From Octopus vulgaris (Eukaryota), in NCBI GenBank assembly GCA_951406725.2, contig OX597824.1, positions 42,222,001-42,286,000 of the forward strand: 64,000 nt of DNA. Direction: 5' to 3'. The first letter of the stretch is position 1. Each line of letters starts with the position of its first letter. This document shows positions 14,822-27,862 of the stretch, piece by piece. A program made the position numbers and the translations under genes. The notes beneath the pieces are model-generated. The model searched no databases and was not told the DNA's origin. It saw only the letters and a list, made by a program, of their open reading frames with translations.

Positions 14822-15911
14822 ACCATCACCAGGTACCATGAGTACTTTTAGCAAAGTCTAGCCTGCTACAAAAATTCGGGCTAGATTTCATTTCTGCTTT
14901 AAGGACACCCTCTGGTTTTCTATCAACCAGGCTCCGAGGCCTTGTGATGGACCACGGGTATTACCTACCCTCCTGACTAAAATATCAATAAAATTATCAT
15001 AAGGGTGTTACAAAGGGAAATATCAATTTCGACAGGCATGAGTCCCATTAGCACATTATCTTGATTGATTAATACCTGCTTATAATAATTAACTTCATCA
15101 AAAATCAGAGCGACTGTCTGAACAAAGAATAATGCTTACGGCAAAAATCCGAGCAGATATGAAACAACAAAAAAATTCTCAAAACATTTAGATTTGGTAT
15201 TTAGGGTAATGTGTACGCAGTGTTATTAGAGTCAAATGTTTATAATAATATACACTTTGCATTCTTAAAAAATAGAAAGACAGATTGGATAATGTGAAAT
15301 CAGCGGCTGATATGATTTTGGTATTGGGTCTCTTCTTAGAGGGTTGATCAGGTTACTAACCATGAACAAGATATCAGACGATAAAAGAAAAGGAAGCTAT
15401 ATGCAACAAAGTGCAGAATTCCGGACTATAGGTCTTAACCGTGCATCTAAATCCAGGTTTTGATGAGCTCAATTTTGTCTTACGTCACTTTCAATAAAAT
15501 AAATACAATAACTAAATAACTTAATCCATAGTAATTCGTGCAGGAAATATTTTACCGGAAACAGTATGAACAGTACGATCATACGTTTATCTAATAAATT
15601 AATGTATATGATTTTATTATTAATTAATAATATTTTTCGTCATTTTCTTTGTATTTAAAGCAGACTCAATGCTTCTACAACGTGTTATATTGCATGACTG
15701 AATTTATTTAATTTACTGTAATTATCATTCTTGTTGTTTTGTTAGAGTGGTGGGAGTAGTAATGGTGGGGGCTACTTGTGAGTACAAACCAAACTGAATT
15801 GAATATTCTTAATGTAACTATCAGTAATTAAACATGGACATTTCAATCGACTCTGTATCTCTCTCACACAAACAAACACACACGCGCGCGTGTATGTGTG
15901 TTTGTCTATGT

Positions 15912-16187
15912 ATGTATTGTGTGTGTGAAATCACGTGGCCTAGTGGTTTAGGGGTTCGAATGTTGCACTCACAATTGCAAGATTGTGGTTTCGATTCCCA
16001 AAGCGGGAGAGGTGTTGTGCTCAAGAGCAAAACATTTCATTTCACGTTGTTCCAGGCCACTCAGCTATGAACGGGTAAACGTACTACGGACTGACGTTGC
16101 GATCAGGAGGCGAGTTCACCCGCTCACCCGGTGCGAGAGGCAGCACCATTCAAAAACTACAACAAGGCGAATAAGCGCGTTGTGACC
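15912..16187 (+). mobile_element. tRNA-derived SINE family C
   Basis: Head cgtggcctagtggttag...ggtttcgattccc, then ttgtgctcaagagcaaaacatttcatttcacgttg, shared with the copies at 27545, 49731 and 62462. Confidence 0.8.
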
Positions 16188-16393
16188 AGTGGCAGAAAGG
16201 TTAGCACGCCGAGCAAAATGCTTAGCAGTATTTCATCTATCTTTAAGTTCTGAGTTCAAATTCCGCCGAGGTCGACTTTGCCTTTCATCTTTCAGGGTCG
16301 ATAAATTAAGTACCAGTTGCGCACTGGGTTCGATCTAATCGACTGGCCCCCTCTCCCAACACTTCGGGCCTTGTGCCGAGAGTAGAAAAGAAT
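16188..16393 (+). mobile_element. SINE family A copy
   Basis: tggcagaaaggttagcacgcc...gttcaaattccgccgaggtcgac. Confidence 0.88.
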
Positions 16394-16553
16394 ATAACGA
16401 TAGTCTGGTTGATGCAGTGATACATGCATACCTACCTACCTACCTACCTACATACATACATACGTACGTACATACATACATACATACATACATACATACA
16501 TACATAATACATACATACATACACACACACACATATATATGCTTACACACACA

Positions 16554-16637
<84 letters not shown>

Positions 16638-16639
<2 letters not shown>

Positions 16640-17029
16640 CGCAGGAATGGTTGTGTGGTAAGTAGCTTGCTTACCAACTACATGGTTCCGGGTTCAGTCC
16701 CACTGGAGACATCTTAGGCAAGTGTCTTCTACTATAGCCTTGGTCTGACCAAAGCCTTGTGAGTGGATTTGGTAGATTTGGTAGATTTGGAAACTGAAAG
16801 AAGCCCGTCGTATATATGTATATATATGTTTGTGTGTCTGGGTTTGTCCCCATAGCATTGCTTGACAACCGATGCTGGTGTGTTTATGTCCGCGTCACTT
16901 AACGGTTCGGCAAAAGGGATTGATAGAATAAGTATCAGGCTTACACAGAATAAGTCCCGGGGTTGATTTGCTCGAGTAAAGGCGGTGATCCAGCATGGCC
17001 GCAGTCAAATGACTGAAACAAGTAAAGAG

Positions 17030-17031
<2 letters not shown>
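16638..17031 (+). mobile_element. SINE family B (tRNA-like head, internal TA/TG microsatellite, gactgaaacaagtaaagag tail)
   Basis: Near-identical to 45698-46113. A box tggttgtgtgg, B box ggttcagtccc. Confidence 0.9.
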
Positions 17032-17067
<36 letters not shown>

Positions 17068-17256
17068 TGTGTGTGTGCGTGTGTAACATAATTGGCCTTT
17101 GGTACCTATTTTGTTACAGAAACTTGTAACAAACAAACATATTACGCAACAAAGATCATGAACAAAAACAAAAACAACAAACTTAGGAAAGCAAAAACAA
17201 AAAAAAATAAAAGGCAACACAATCACAAATACCATAATCATAATGATAATAATGAT

Positions 17257-17288
<32 letters not shown>

Positions 17289-17845
17289 TAACATTGAATT
17301 CACTGAGTAACTATAAACTTCAAATTGTGCACTAATAAATAATAAAACGGGGCGATTTGCTAAACCAGTCCGTCTACACTGACAGCATCAGCCATTCATC
17401 TAGACACCATGATGCTTATTTTCTACCTCTCGTCCTTGTTTTCTTCTTTTTCTTTATTTTTTTTGTTTGTTATTGCGGCAGTGATGTCGGTAGTGGTGGT
17501 AATGGAAGAGTTGGTGGCGGTGGTGGCTTGTTTCTTAGATTTAGTTTGTATGGCTCGCTTCAGTACATTAAGAAATGATTGTTTATGAAAGGAAATGAAG
17601 AATAAGGAATGGACTTTATGTCAAAAGAAAATGGCGTATTTAAGAAAAAAGAAAAGAAATAAAATATATATATATAAAAAAAAAAGATGGGCGGCGGGGT
17701 GGGGAAAGAAAACCATACGACTCTACACCATCGCCATCACTATCGCAATCGCGATCACCATCAGCATCACAATTACCTCGTTCCATCGAAGATCCAACCT
17801 CCCATCACTAACGCCACTACCACCACCACCACCACCACCACCACC

Positions 17846-17952
<107 letters not shown>

Positions 17953-18357
17953 ATAGGGAAGGCCGAAACGAAAATGGGGGAAAAAAGGAAAACGAAGCAT
18001 ATAACAAAGAATGGGATAAAATAGGAACTAAAGCAATAATGAGGGGAAAAACTGTATGGCAGTTTGTGGGAGGAGAAGATGGTGAGGGATAGTGTGAAAG
18101 GGTTGGAAGGATGTGATGGGGTGTGATGGGAGTTGGGTGCAGCGGGTTGGGTCAAGTGTGAATAAGGAAAGATAAAGCAGTAAAAGAGCGAATACTAAAT
18201 GATAGCTATAATGGAAAGCGAAAGTAAAACTAAACATTGAAAAAATAGAAAGAAAGAAAGAAGGAGGATTGAATGTGAGAGAAAGCTAGAAAAAGGAAAG
18301 GTCATACGTATGTGTGTGTATGTGTGTGTGTGTGTGCATACATACATATACCTATAC

Positions 18358-18393
<36 letters not shown>

Positions 18394-18458
18394 GTATATA
18401 TGTATGTATGTATGTATGCATATATATATATGTATATATATACATATATATGTATATA

Positions 18459-18509
<51 letters not shown>

Positions 18510-18539
18510 GTTTATATGTGTATATGTATGTATATATTT

Positions 18540-18669
<130 letters not shown>

Positions 18670-19335
18670 GATACGCAAGGACAGGGGCCAACGTCAGGAA
18701 ACATGGAGAAAAACGCGTGGTAGCGATGATTATGAAGCGGGAGGGCATCTATCAGGAAGTTTTCTTAGCTTTGGTTTGGTTTGGTTTGCCCGGGTTAGGC
18801 TGTGCTTGGTTTGTGTAAGAAAGGTTCAGGAAGGTTTGGGGAAGAATCTGCTTTGCCGGTTTTTGAGAAAAAAGAACAAAGATGTATATGAAACCTGCGA
18901 AGGTTTTGGTCTCTTTTCTTTTACAACTTACCATGTTTTTGTGTATGTGCTTGGTGTATTTATACACGTTTATACGTATGCATGTGTACGTATGTATGTA
19001 TATGCATCTGTGCCTCTATATGTGTGTAAGTATATACAGACATATATATATACATACTTACATATATGCACATACATACACATACGTGCATACACACACA
19101 TATACATATACTGGAAGAGAAGAAATTGGTGAACACGGTTGTAATGGTTTAAGAAGCCAAACAACTGCATGTATTTAGTGGGGGTAAGAGGAGAGAAAGA
19201 GAGTGAGTAAGGTGTGTGTGTATGTATGTGCGTGTGTACTTGTGTGTGTGTGTTTGATGGAAGTGGCAGTGGTAGCAGTGTCAAGTATGGTAAATGACAG
19301 AATCCTTGTGGTGTGGACTATAAGATAAATATATC

Positions 19336-19381
<46 letters not shown>

Positions 19382-19569
19382 AAGAGAGAGGCACACACAA
19401 AGAGAGAAAAGGGAAGGAGAATGAGTGGCTGAGAGGGAGAAGGGAAGAGTAACAAAGGGAGACAAAGATAGAAAGAAAAGAAAAACTAAAAGAAAAAAAG
19501 AAAAGAAAAGAAGGAAGGATGGAAGGAAGGAAAAAGGGTAGGAAGATAGATTGAGAAGTTCAATAAAGA

Positions 19570-19658
19570 AACTATCGCGGTTTATTCGCGGGTTTTCACC
19601 TATTGCGGAGACGGGGAAGGTTTGGAACGCAACACCCGCGATAGTCGAGGGGTTAGTG
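19570..19658. mobile_element. Terminal remnant of a pogo/Tigger-like MITE
   Basis: Reverse complement reads cactaacccctcgactatcgcgggtgttgcgttcc...gcaataggtgaaaacccgcgaa, resembling Tigger-type TIRs. Inverted pair actatcgcgg/ccgcgatagt. Confidence 0.55.
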
Positions 19659-20054
19659 GAATGCAAGAAAAAAAGAGAGATTTGTCCTTTAGCCTCGTTT
19701 AAAGTATTCCCAGTCGTGACTATCTTCACTTTCTTCAGAAATATGCAAAAATTGCATTATGCAGTCACAACTTTGATTTTTAAGACAGAAGGGCTCATTT
19801 CGTTGCTATTTCTAGTAGGTAGAGGGTTTACTGTGGAGTCTGTCTCTTTGACACAGAGAAAGAGGTTGTAATACATTGGTAGACAGAATCACGACTAGAT
19901 AAGCGTAAAGAATTAAAAGTCAGATCAGGAGAAAGTAAGATAAATAGCACGAGAAAGAGAGGTTGATAGAGCTATAAATATCCAAGATACAGAAAGTTAT
20001 TTCTAATATATTATCCTTTTCGTTGTTTTTCTAACTTTTTCTCTCGTTCTGTTT

Positions 20055-20092
20055 TCTTTCTGATGAAGAATTTCCGCATGAAACGTCAAAGA
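20055..20092 (+). ncRNA. Minimal type I hammerhead ribozyme motif with degenerate stem II
   Basis: TCTTT-CTGATGA-agaatttccgcat-GAAACGTC-AAAGA: 5 bp stem I, intact core, palindromic ACGT stem III, GUC triplet. Confidence 0.65.
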
Positions 20093-20216
20093 CATAAATG
20101 TTTGATCGCTAGCATAATAGCAATGTGTTTTATCATGCTTTTCTCGTGTATTCACTTTATCATACGTTTACACACATACACGCACATGCATATATAAATA
20201 CATCCATACATAGATA

Positions 20217-20311
<95 letters not shown>

Positions 20312-21085
20312 CTATATATTTTAAATTTTCGCTTACGAGTAGCGATGCTAATAACATGATGTTACAATTCAGTATACATATGTTCCAGAATAAAGCTTTG
20401 GGCGAGTACAGAGTGTAATATGAAATTAAATAAATGACAAAGGAACAGGTTTTACCCTTATCGACTTCGAGATGTATATGTATATACATATATGTGTATG
20501 TTTGTGAGTATGTGCGTATATGTATATATGTGTGTACGTATGTGTGTGTGTGTGTGTGTGTATGCATGTATATATATATATATACATGTAAATATGTGTG
20601 TGCATGCGTGTATGTGTGTATGCGCATACATACGTATGTTTGTGTCTATATATGTGTGTGTGTGCGTGTAAGGGTGGTTGATAATGAACAAGTATAGACA
20701 AGGGTGAAAAAGGAGTGGCTGAAGAGAAAATTTATAGTTGATTGTAATGATGATGATGACAGGGAGGAGGAGGAGGAAGAGGACGACGACGACGAGTAAT
20801 AAGACGAATATAATATTATTGATGTTGGCAATGAGGATGTTGATGTCAGTGACAATGAACAAAATAACAATCGCAACCACAACAACAACAAAAACCATAA
20901 GAATAAAAACTAAAGAAATGTGAGAAGGAAATCAAACGAATTTTACATACATACATACATACATAGATACACAGATACATACATTTGTTAATAATAAAAA
21001 CATGTATATACATATGCATCTATATATCTATAATGTCTATATAAATATTATATGTATATATGTACGTACATATGTATATGCATGC

Positions 21086-21196
<111 letters not shown>

Positions 21197-21839
21197 TATG
21201 TGTATGCATGTGTGTGTATATAATATGTAGTTGCATGTGTGTGTGTGTGTGTGTATCAAATGTAGTAAAGGAAATATGGTTAAACGAACAACAAAAAAAT
21301 ACACGTGTGCACATAAATAAATAAATATATACACCCAAGAAACAGAGTAGAACAAGATGAAAATAAATAAAGAAAAAAAAAACAATGTCTGTAAAAACAC
21401 TTTCACCACCATACCACCACCACCACCACCACCACCACCACTGCCGCCAACACTGCTAACAACAACAACTACAACAACAAGCCTGAACAGGAGCAGCAGA
21501 ATCCATGTGAAGTATAAGCAGGTCCGACGAGTTGACATGTTTTAATTGGTATCTTAGTCCATGGGGAAATCAATGCATATCAGCTAAAGAATTGACACAA
21601 AATTTAATCATGCCACAACACAGATGACAAAGTCTGCATCTTTTTGGCTATTTCCTCTCAGCTTCTGACTCTCCTTTCTCTCTTTCTTTCTCTCTCCCTC
21701 TCTCTCTCTCTTTCTCCCTCTATCCGTGTTTCTCTCGTTTTACCATTTTCCTTCTAACCATTGCTTATTTTTCATTCTTTTAGTTTCATTGTTTATTTGT
21801 TTATCTTCGTCTTTTCCTTGAATTATTTTTCTTCCTTAC

Positions 21840-22251
21840 CTTCTTCTTCTTCTTCTTCTTCTTCTTCTTCTTCTTCTTCTTCTTCTTCTTCTTCTTCTTC
21901 TTCTTCTTCTTCTTCTTCTTCTTCATTTCCTTCATCATCACCATCATCACCACCACCATCATCATCATCATCATCATCGTCGTCGTCGTAGTCATCATCA
22001 TCATCGACGTCATCATCATTATCATCGTAATCATCGTCATCATCGTCATCATCGTCATCGTCGTCGTCGTTATCGTGTTTTCCCTCATTGTCCTCATCAA
22101 AGTTGTAGTCGCGATCAACCTGCTCCTCCACTACATCACCATCATTATCGTCGTCGTCGTCGCTGACATCGTTTCCATCCTCATCTCCGCATTCATCATC
22201 ATCATCATCATTATCATCACTATCATCATCATCATCATCTTCATCATCACT

Positions 22252-22303
<52 letters not shown>

Positions 22304-22412
22304 CTATCATCATCATCATCATCATCATCGTCATTATCATCATCATCATCATCATCATCATCTTCGTCATCATCATCATCATCATCATCATCTTCGTCGT
22401 CGTCATCATCGT
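21840..22412. repeat. Compound (TTC)n/(ATC)n/(GTC)n microsatellite
   Basis: Direct reading. It explains the D/E-rich ORF. Confidence 0.95.
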
Positions 22413-22601
22413 CGGGGTCCACCCCCCCTTCTGCTCCACCTAATTCATTTGTCTTTCACTTCATTGTCACTGTATTCTGGCCACAAATGCTTCATGTGTT
22501 TTGTTTCTCAATTCTTTCTTTCCCTTTCCTTTATCTTCTAAAAGTTTAGTCTTTTGTATTCACCTGGATCCTTCGTCGTCGTCGTCTTCTTCATTTTTCC
22601 G

Positions 22602-22652
<51 letters not shown>

Positions 22653-23114
22653 AATTATCTTCCTGGCATTCTTGTGCTGGGTCCAGCTATGTGGCGATGT
22701 AAACATTGCAGCCTCACGGCGGCTGCTAATTGGAGAATATGTATGCCCTTAATAAACCCATTCACTGTACTTTATCATGCTGAATATTTCTTGCTGTAGA
22801 CAAATGTGTAAACACATCAACTCAATCCGCAGCTCTCCATAACCTGATTGGTGAATGCGTACATTTCGGAGTGGTTCTCTACTCTTCAGAATTAGATACC
22901 AGGAAGGGTAACGCTGTGAACTGATATCTCTTATATTCTCGTCATCGTGTCATCATACTGTGACTGGTTGCGTTAGTCCACGGCTAGCTATTATGTATAT
23001 GAATTGAAACTTCTTATTTCAAATATATTTGGGGTATATTCGAACTAATAACAAAGCCATTGACTGTACTTTGTCTTGGAGAAAATATTCCGTTGTAAAC
23101 AAATAGCTGCAAAA

Positions 23115-23360
23115 ACAAAGTCAGTTCGAAGAGCCGGGCAGGACCAGTCCATCTCAGCTATTTCTGGATGGTGATAGCTTCGATGGAGGTCATGTTGGCT
23201 TCTTTCAATACACTGATGATTGTCCTCCTTTCTTCCCAGCTAATGTTGAGTCTACTTCGGAGGCAGCGTTGGTGGTACATTTCGTGAGTTTTTATATGTC
23301 TTCTGTGCATAATCCAGGTCTTGGATGCGTACAGGTGCGCGTGGGAATGACCGCTGCCTT

Positions 23361-23433
<73 letters not shown>

Positions 23434-23583
23434 ACAATAATATATAATATAATCTGGCATTAGAATTTTTCTTCTGCCCTTATCTTGTAAATTATGTATA
23501 AATTATACCTTTAAAGGCATTTTTTGATATGCTGGCCATTGATAAAATTTTTTTCCCGAAAAAATTTTTATCCTATATCATTT

Positions 23584-23637
<54 letters not shown>

Positions 23638-26250
23638 GTATACCATCGTTTTTGTGTGAATTTGAATGTCTTGATCCTGAAACACTCGCGTTTGAAAACG
23701 GCCAAAGGCAGGACCAGCGCTTTTGAGACGATGCTGGATTTCATTGATGATGTCAGCATAGGAAGAGAGACGACTCCCAGACAGGGAAAATGATTTACAC
23801 TTTCTAAGACTGCTCTCGCAATTAAAAGGGCAGGTTGTGCAGCTTACCTCGACAAGTGATGTTTGGAAGATGACTTGTGTTTTCTTGCAATTGATGGTGA
23901 GTTCAAGTTTTCTGTAACTTTGATGGAAAGCGTTGAGTGTCTGTTGCAAATTTTCTTCGGATGCTGATGTCGTCAGAATATTGAAACTCGATGATGGAGG
24001 AGATCGAGATTTTGATTTTGGACTTCAGTCAGACAAGATCGAAAAGCTTGTCAGCAGCTCGATGAATTGTTTTAATTCTTGGTGGGAGATCACCTTGAGG
24101 ATTTCAATGATGATAGGAATTAAGACGGTGCGAACTGTGGGAGCTATGAGGCAGCCATATTTCACTCTTAATTTCTTAATTGAAATGGTTCAGAGTCACT
24201 GTTGATGACAAGAACTCTCGCATGTATGTTGTCGTGAAGAAGCCTGAAAGATCCAGGGCATCCGTAGATGGATAAGATGTTCCACAGAAATTCTCTCGAA
24301 ACTGAGTCGAAGGCCTTAGTAAGATAAGTAAATTCCATGTGAAAATGTTGAAGCTGTTCACTGCATTACTCTTGCAGTTGTATGACGAAAATCATATCTA
24401 TCATTCCGCGTAATGCTCTGAATCTAGTTTACAACCCTGAAAATATTTTCTCGGCGATTGGTTCCAGTCTATTGTTCAATATACAGGCAAAGGTCTTTCC
24501 TGCTGTTGGTAACAGAGCTATTCCCAGAGAGTTTTCACAGTTTGAACTATCTTCTTTCTTCTTGTTGGTAACAATATTTGAATCTTTGAGGTCGGATGGA
24601 TTTTCCTCTTTTATCCAAATTTTGGTCAGGAGCTGATAGAGTTGGTAATGAATCAAATTCCGTTCTGATTTGTATTCATCTAGTATTCCACATGGTCCTG
24701 CAACTTTGTTACTTTTAAGCCTTTGGTGGTTTCTCTGACCTCATCTAGGGATGGAGATTTGCTGAGGGAATGTTCCCCGGTTCTTTTGGGATGTTGTCTA
24801 CTACATGTTGGTCAAAGGTGACAGGTTCATTCAGCCAATCCTCAAAGTGTTCCTTCCACCTGGCACTGATAGCAATATTAGATTTAAAGATTGTCTTACC
24901 AACTTTGCTTTTGAGAATGGGCCTGTCCATACATCGAAAGACCAAAAATGGCCTTAGTTGCTTTGAAGCCCCGTGTACCGTTGGCATCAGATAGCTGTTG
25001 AATTTTGTGAGCCTTTTCCATCCACCATTGATTTTTAGGTGTCGGGTGACCCTTTGAACAGCGACTTTGCATTCTTGGTACAGTTTCTTCTTGTTGCCAG
25101 ACTGTTGATCATTTTATAAAGAAATGAAGATATTTTTGCCGAACAAGTCTTCATGTTTCTTGGTCTTCAAACCCAGAGTTTCTTTTCGGGTTATAATGAT
25201 GGAATTTTTCAGTTGGTTCTAATGTTCATTAATAGTTTGTGGCGATGTTTTGGGGAGATTTTGCGCCTATCTTTTCGTTGTATTTGGCATCCTAAAATTA
25301 TTCAACATTGCATTTCTTGCTGTTATTTTGATTTTGGTGCTTCATTTTCCGCCGAATCTTCACGGTGGAGGCGATGAGACGAAGGTCTGTCGAACATTCT
25401 GCTGCCCTTTTGATGGCTAGGGTCTTCAGTATATCTTGAGGGCCACGGGATCTTATAATGTCTAGTGTTTTGAGCGTAGATGTTGTTATGAAACTTTGTA
25501 CTTGTTTTTCTGGCGAAGTAAGATATTGGTAATCATCAGATCATGCTCAGCATACTTGGTGAGAAGAAGTGTCCCGTTTGCATTAATCCTGCCATTTGCA
25601 TCTTTTCCGATAGTCCCGGTCCAAAGTCTGTGATCGCTCCTCACTCTGGCAAAAATGTCACCAAGTAGCAAAATCCTGTTTTCTTTTGGAGTGGAAGAGA
25701 GTTCTTCATTGAGTTGAGCATAGAAGTTTTCCTTCGCATCATTTTCAGCATCGAAAGTTGGAACATAGGCGCAGATGTTGGTGGTATGTTGATATCTGTC
25801 GAGCATAATCCTGAGTATTACAAGTCGTTCACTGAGTCCGTGGGGTGGCTCAGTCAGTTTTTGAAGTAGGTTCTTCCGTTAGAAAAACCCACACCATAGA
25901 ACCTGGGTTGTTCAATGTCAGGAGCTTTCCAAAAGAAGGTGTATTGACTGTCTTCCACTTTGCATCGTTTCTCACCTACTCTTCCGGTCTCACTCAGTGC
26001 AATATCAAAGTTGAACTTTTGAAGTTCACGTGCTACAAAGGCAGTTCTTTTAAGTCTGTCTAAGTTTGAATTGTCCATCAGAGTTCGTAAGTTCCATGTT
26101 CCAAATTTCATTGATCGATGTCCCGTAGCTTTACGGTCACTTGTTGGTGAAACACTTTAGATGCTGTTTTCCACACATGTTGAATTGAAGGGAGATGGGT
26201 AAAAACTGGTGCCCTAAACATGGGGCAGCAACCTACTCCTATCTACCTTT
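23115..26250 (-). mobile_element. Decayed near-full-length RTE-clade LINE (APE endonuclease plus RT), interrupted at 23363-23640
   Basis: MKFGTWNLRTL, DIALSET, YVPTFDA...LLLGD, SCENSLGIALLPTAGK, LTINCKKTQV, YHQRCLR...ISWEER. Many stops and frameshifts. Confidence 0.92.
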
Positions 26251-26604
26251 ATCGATCGCCGAAAGACTTTCTTTAAAACAAAGAAGCTTGTGCTTGATAT
26301 TGTTTAACTCGTACTAGTTGTTGCAATCAAGAAAGCGCGCGGTCCTTCACAAATATGTCAAATGAACGCCAAGGTAAGGAAATCAGGACAATTGGCGTGG
26401 TCAAATTTATTGCAGTTATTACCCGCCTTCATAGCTGTTGAGCTAGATAACCTCATCCACTTAATCTACCGTTGAGGTCTTGAGAGTGGAGTACCTTTGG
26501 TCTTACTGCTGCTAATAGAAGCTTCTGGTATAGTTGTACGTGTCTAGTATAGCCCTACAAGATCATAACAGTACTCAAGCCGCTACAAGGCAGTACCCTA
26601 TGTC

Positions 26605-26669
<65 letters not shown>

Positions 26670-26726
26670 GCATGCATTATATATATGTATGTATATATAT
26701 AAATATATGTATAAGTATATATATAT

Positions 26727-26808
<82 letters not shown>

Positions 26809-26879
26809 CAAATCAAAAGGGATTGTTCATAAAAATATTACATGATTGTTCATGAAAACAACATGATTATTAGTTGCAT

Positions 26880-27031
26880 AATCCGAATATATTGCCAAAT
26901 CTTCAGAGACATAATCTTTATACGTAATAATGGATTGTTGAATCTGTCGCTATATTTCACCAATTCAACAATCCATAACGTTACGTATAAAGGTTATACG
27001 TCCCAGAAGATTTAACAGTATATTTAGATTA
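26880..27031. repeat. ~150 bp imperfect foldback palindrome
   Basis: Nested arm pairs: atggattgttgaat/attcaacaatccat, ctttatacgtaa/ttacgtataaag, aaatcttc/gaagattt, aatatattg/cagtatatt. Confidence 0.85.
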
Positions 27032-27052
27032 AGTAAGCTACATTATGTAGTA

Positions 27053-27371
27053 CACCTTCTCTTCGACTTACGACCTATGTGACTTATGACTACCTGCACT
27101 TACGACCAGAAAAAAATAAAGAAATTAACTAATAACCGATTTTCGGACGTTGGGCAGGTGCGCGTACGATAACTATGGCAGTATCTGGCAACGCAGGTCT
27201 CCCTCAGACCCAAGCATCTACTTTCTGCCACTGTCTCTCACTCAGTCGCTTTCCAGCATCAGTTGTATTTGAATGAAAATAGCGTTGAAAAATATTAATA
27301 CTACATACGACCAGACCGACTTACGACTTGTTACTCGGAACGGAACTCGGTCGTAAGTCGAGGAGAAGGTG
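27053..27371. mobile_element. Tc1/mariner-superfamily (pogo/Tigger-like) MITE
   Basis: TIRs caccttctcttcgacttacgacc / ggtcgtaagtcgaggagaaggtg, TA on both sides, internal gacttacgac subterminal repeats. Confidence 0.9.
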
Positions 27372-27544
27372 TAATTTTTTTTTCAGAAACGCAGTCAGAT
27401 GGCGTAATTAAATATTTCATAAAAGCATCTTTCACACTTTGTTTTATTTTCTACGACTTTGTGATATATCGAAACTTCGGATCCATATCAAATGATACGA
27501 ATACATAACGCAAGCGAGTGGGAATACACATGGATATCTATGCT

Positions 27545-27862
27545 GAGACCCCTTTCAGTCATGACTGGCAATGGGATTGCGCTTAGAAAGTTACCCTTCC
27601 AGGCACAAGTCCGGGCAAGGTTGTTTATGGAAGACCAGCAGTCGCGCATGCATACCGGCCTCTACTCTTCACGCCACCGATGTCATCCAACGGAAAGGCA
27701 AAGGCCGATATAGCTTGGCACCTGTGACGTCGCAACTCATTTCTAAAGCTGAGTGAACTGGAGCAACGTGAAATAAAGGACACAACACGCAGCCCGGTCC
27801 TGGATTCGAACTCACAATCTCACGATCGTAAGCTCGACGCTGTAACCACTGAGCCATGCGCC
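27545..27862 (-). mobile_element. tRNA-derived SINE family C, full length
   Basis: Minus-strand head ggcgcatggctcagtggtt...gagttcgaatcc with A and B boxes, followed by tttcacgttgctccagttcactcagct. Confidence 0.88.

Noticed and set aside
21823-22422. 199 aa D/E-rich ORF
   Set aside because: It is a translation of (GAT)n/(GAA)n microsatellite that is open in several frames, with no domain or splice support.
27790-27862. tRNA gene-like sequences (also 15912, 31867, 61290, 62462)
   Set aside because: The acceptor stems are incomplete and each continues into a SINE body, so these are SINE heads rather than tRNA genes.
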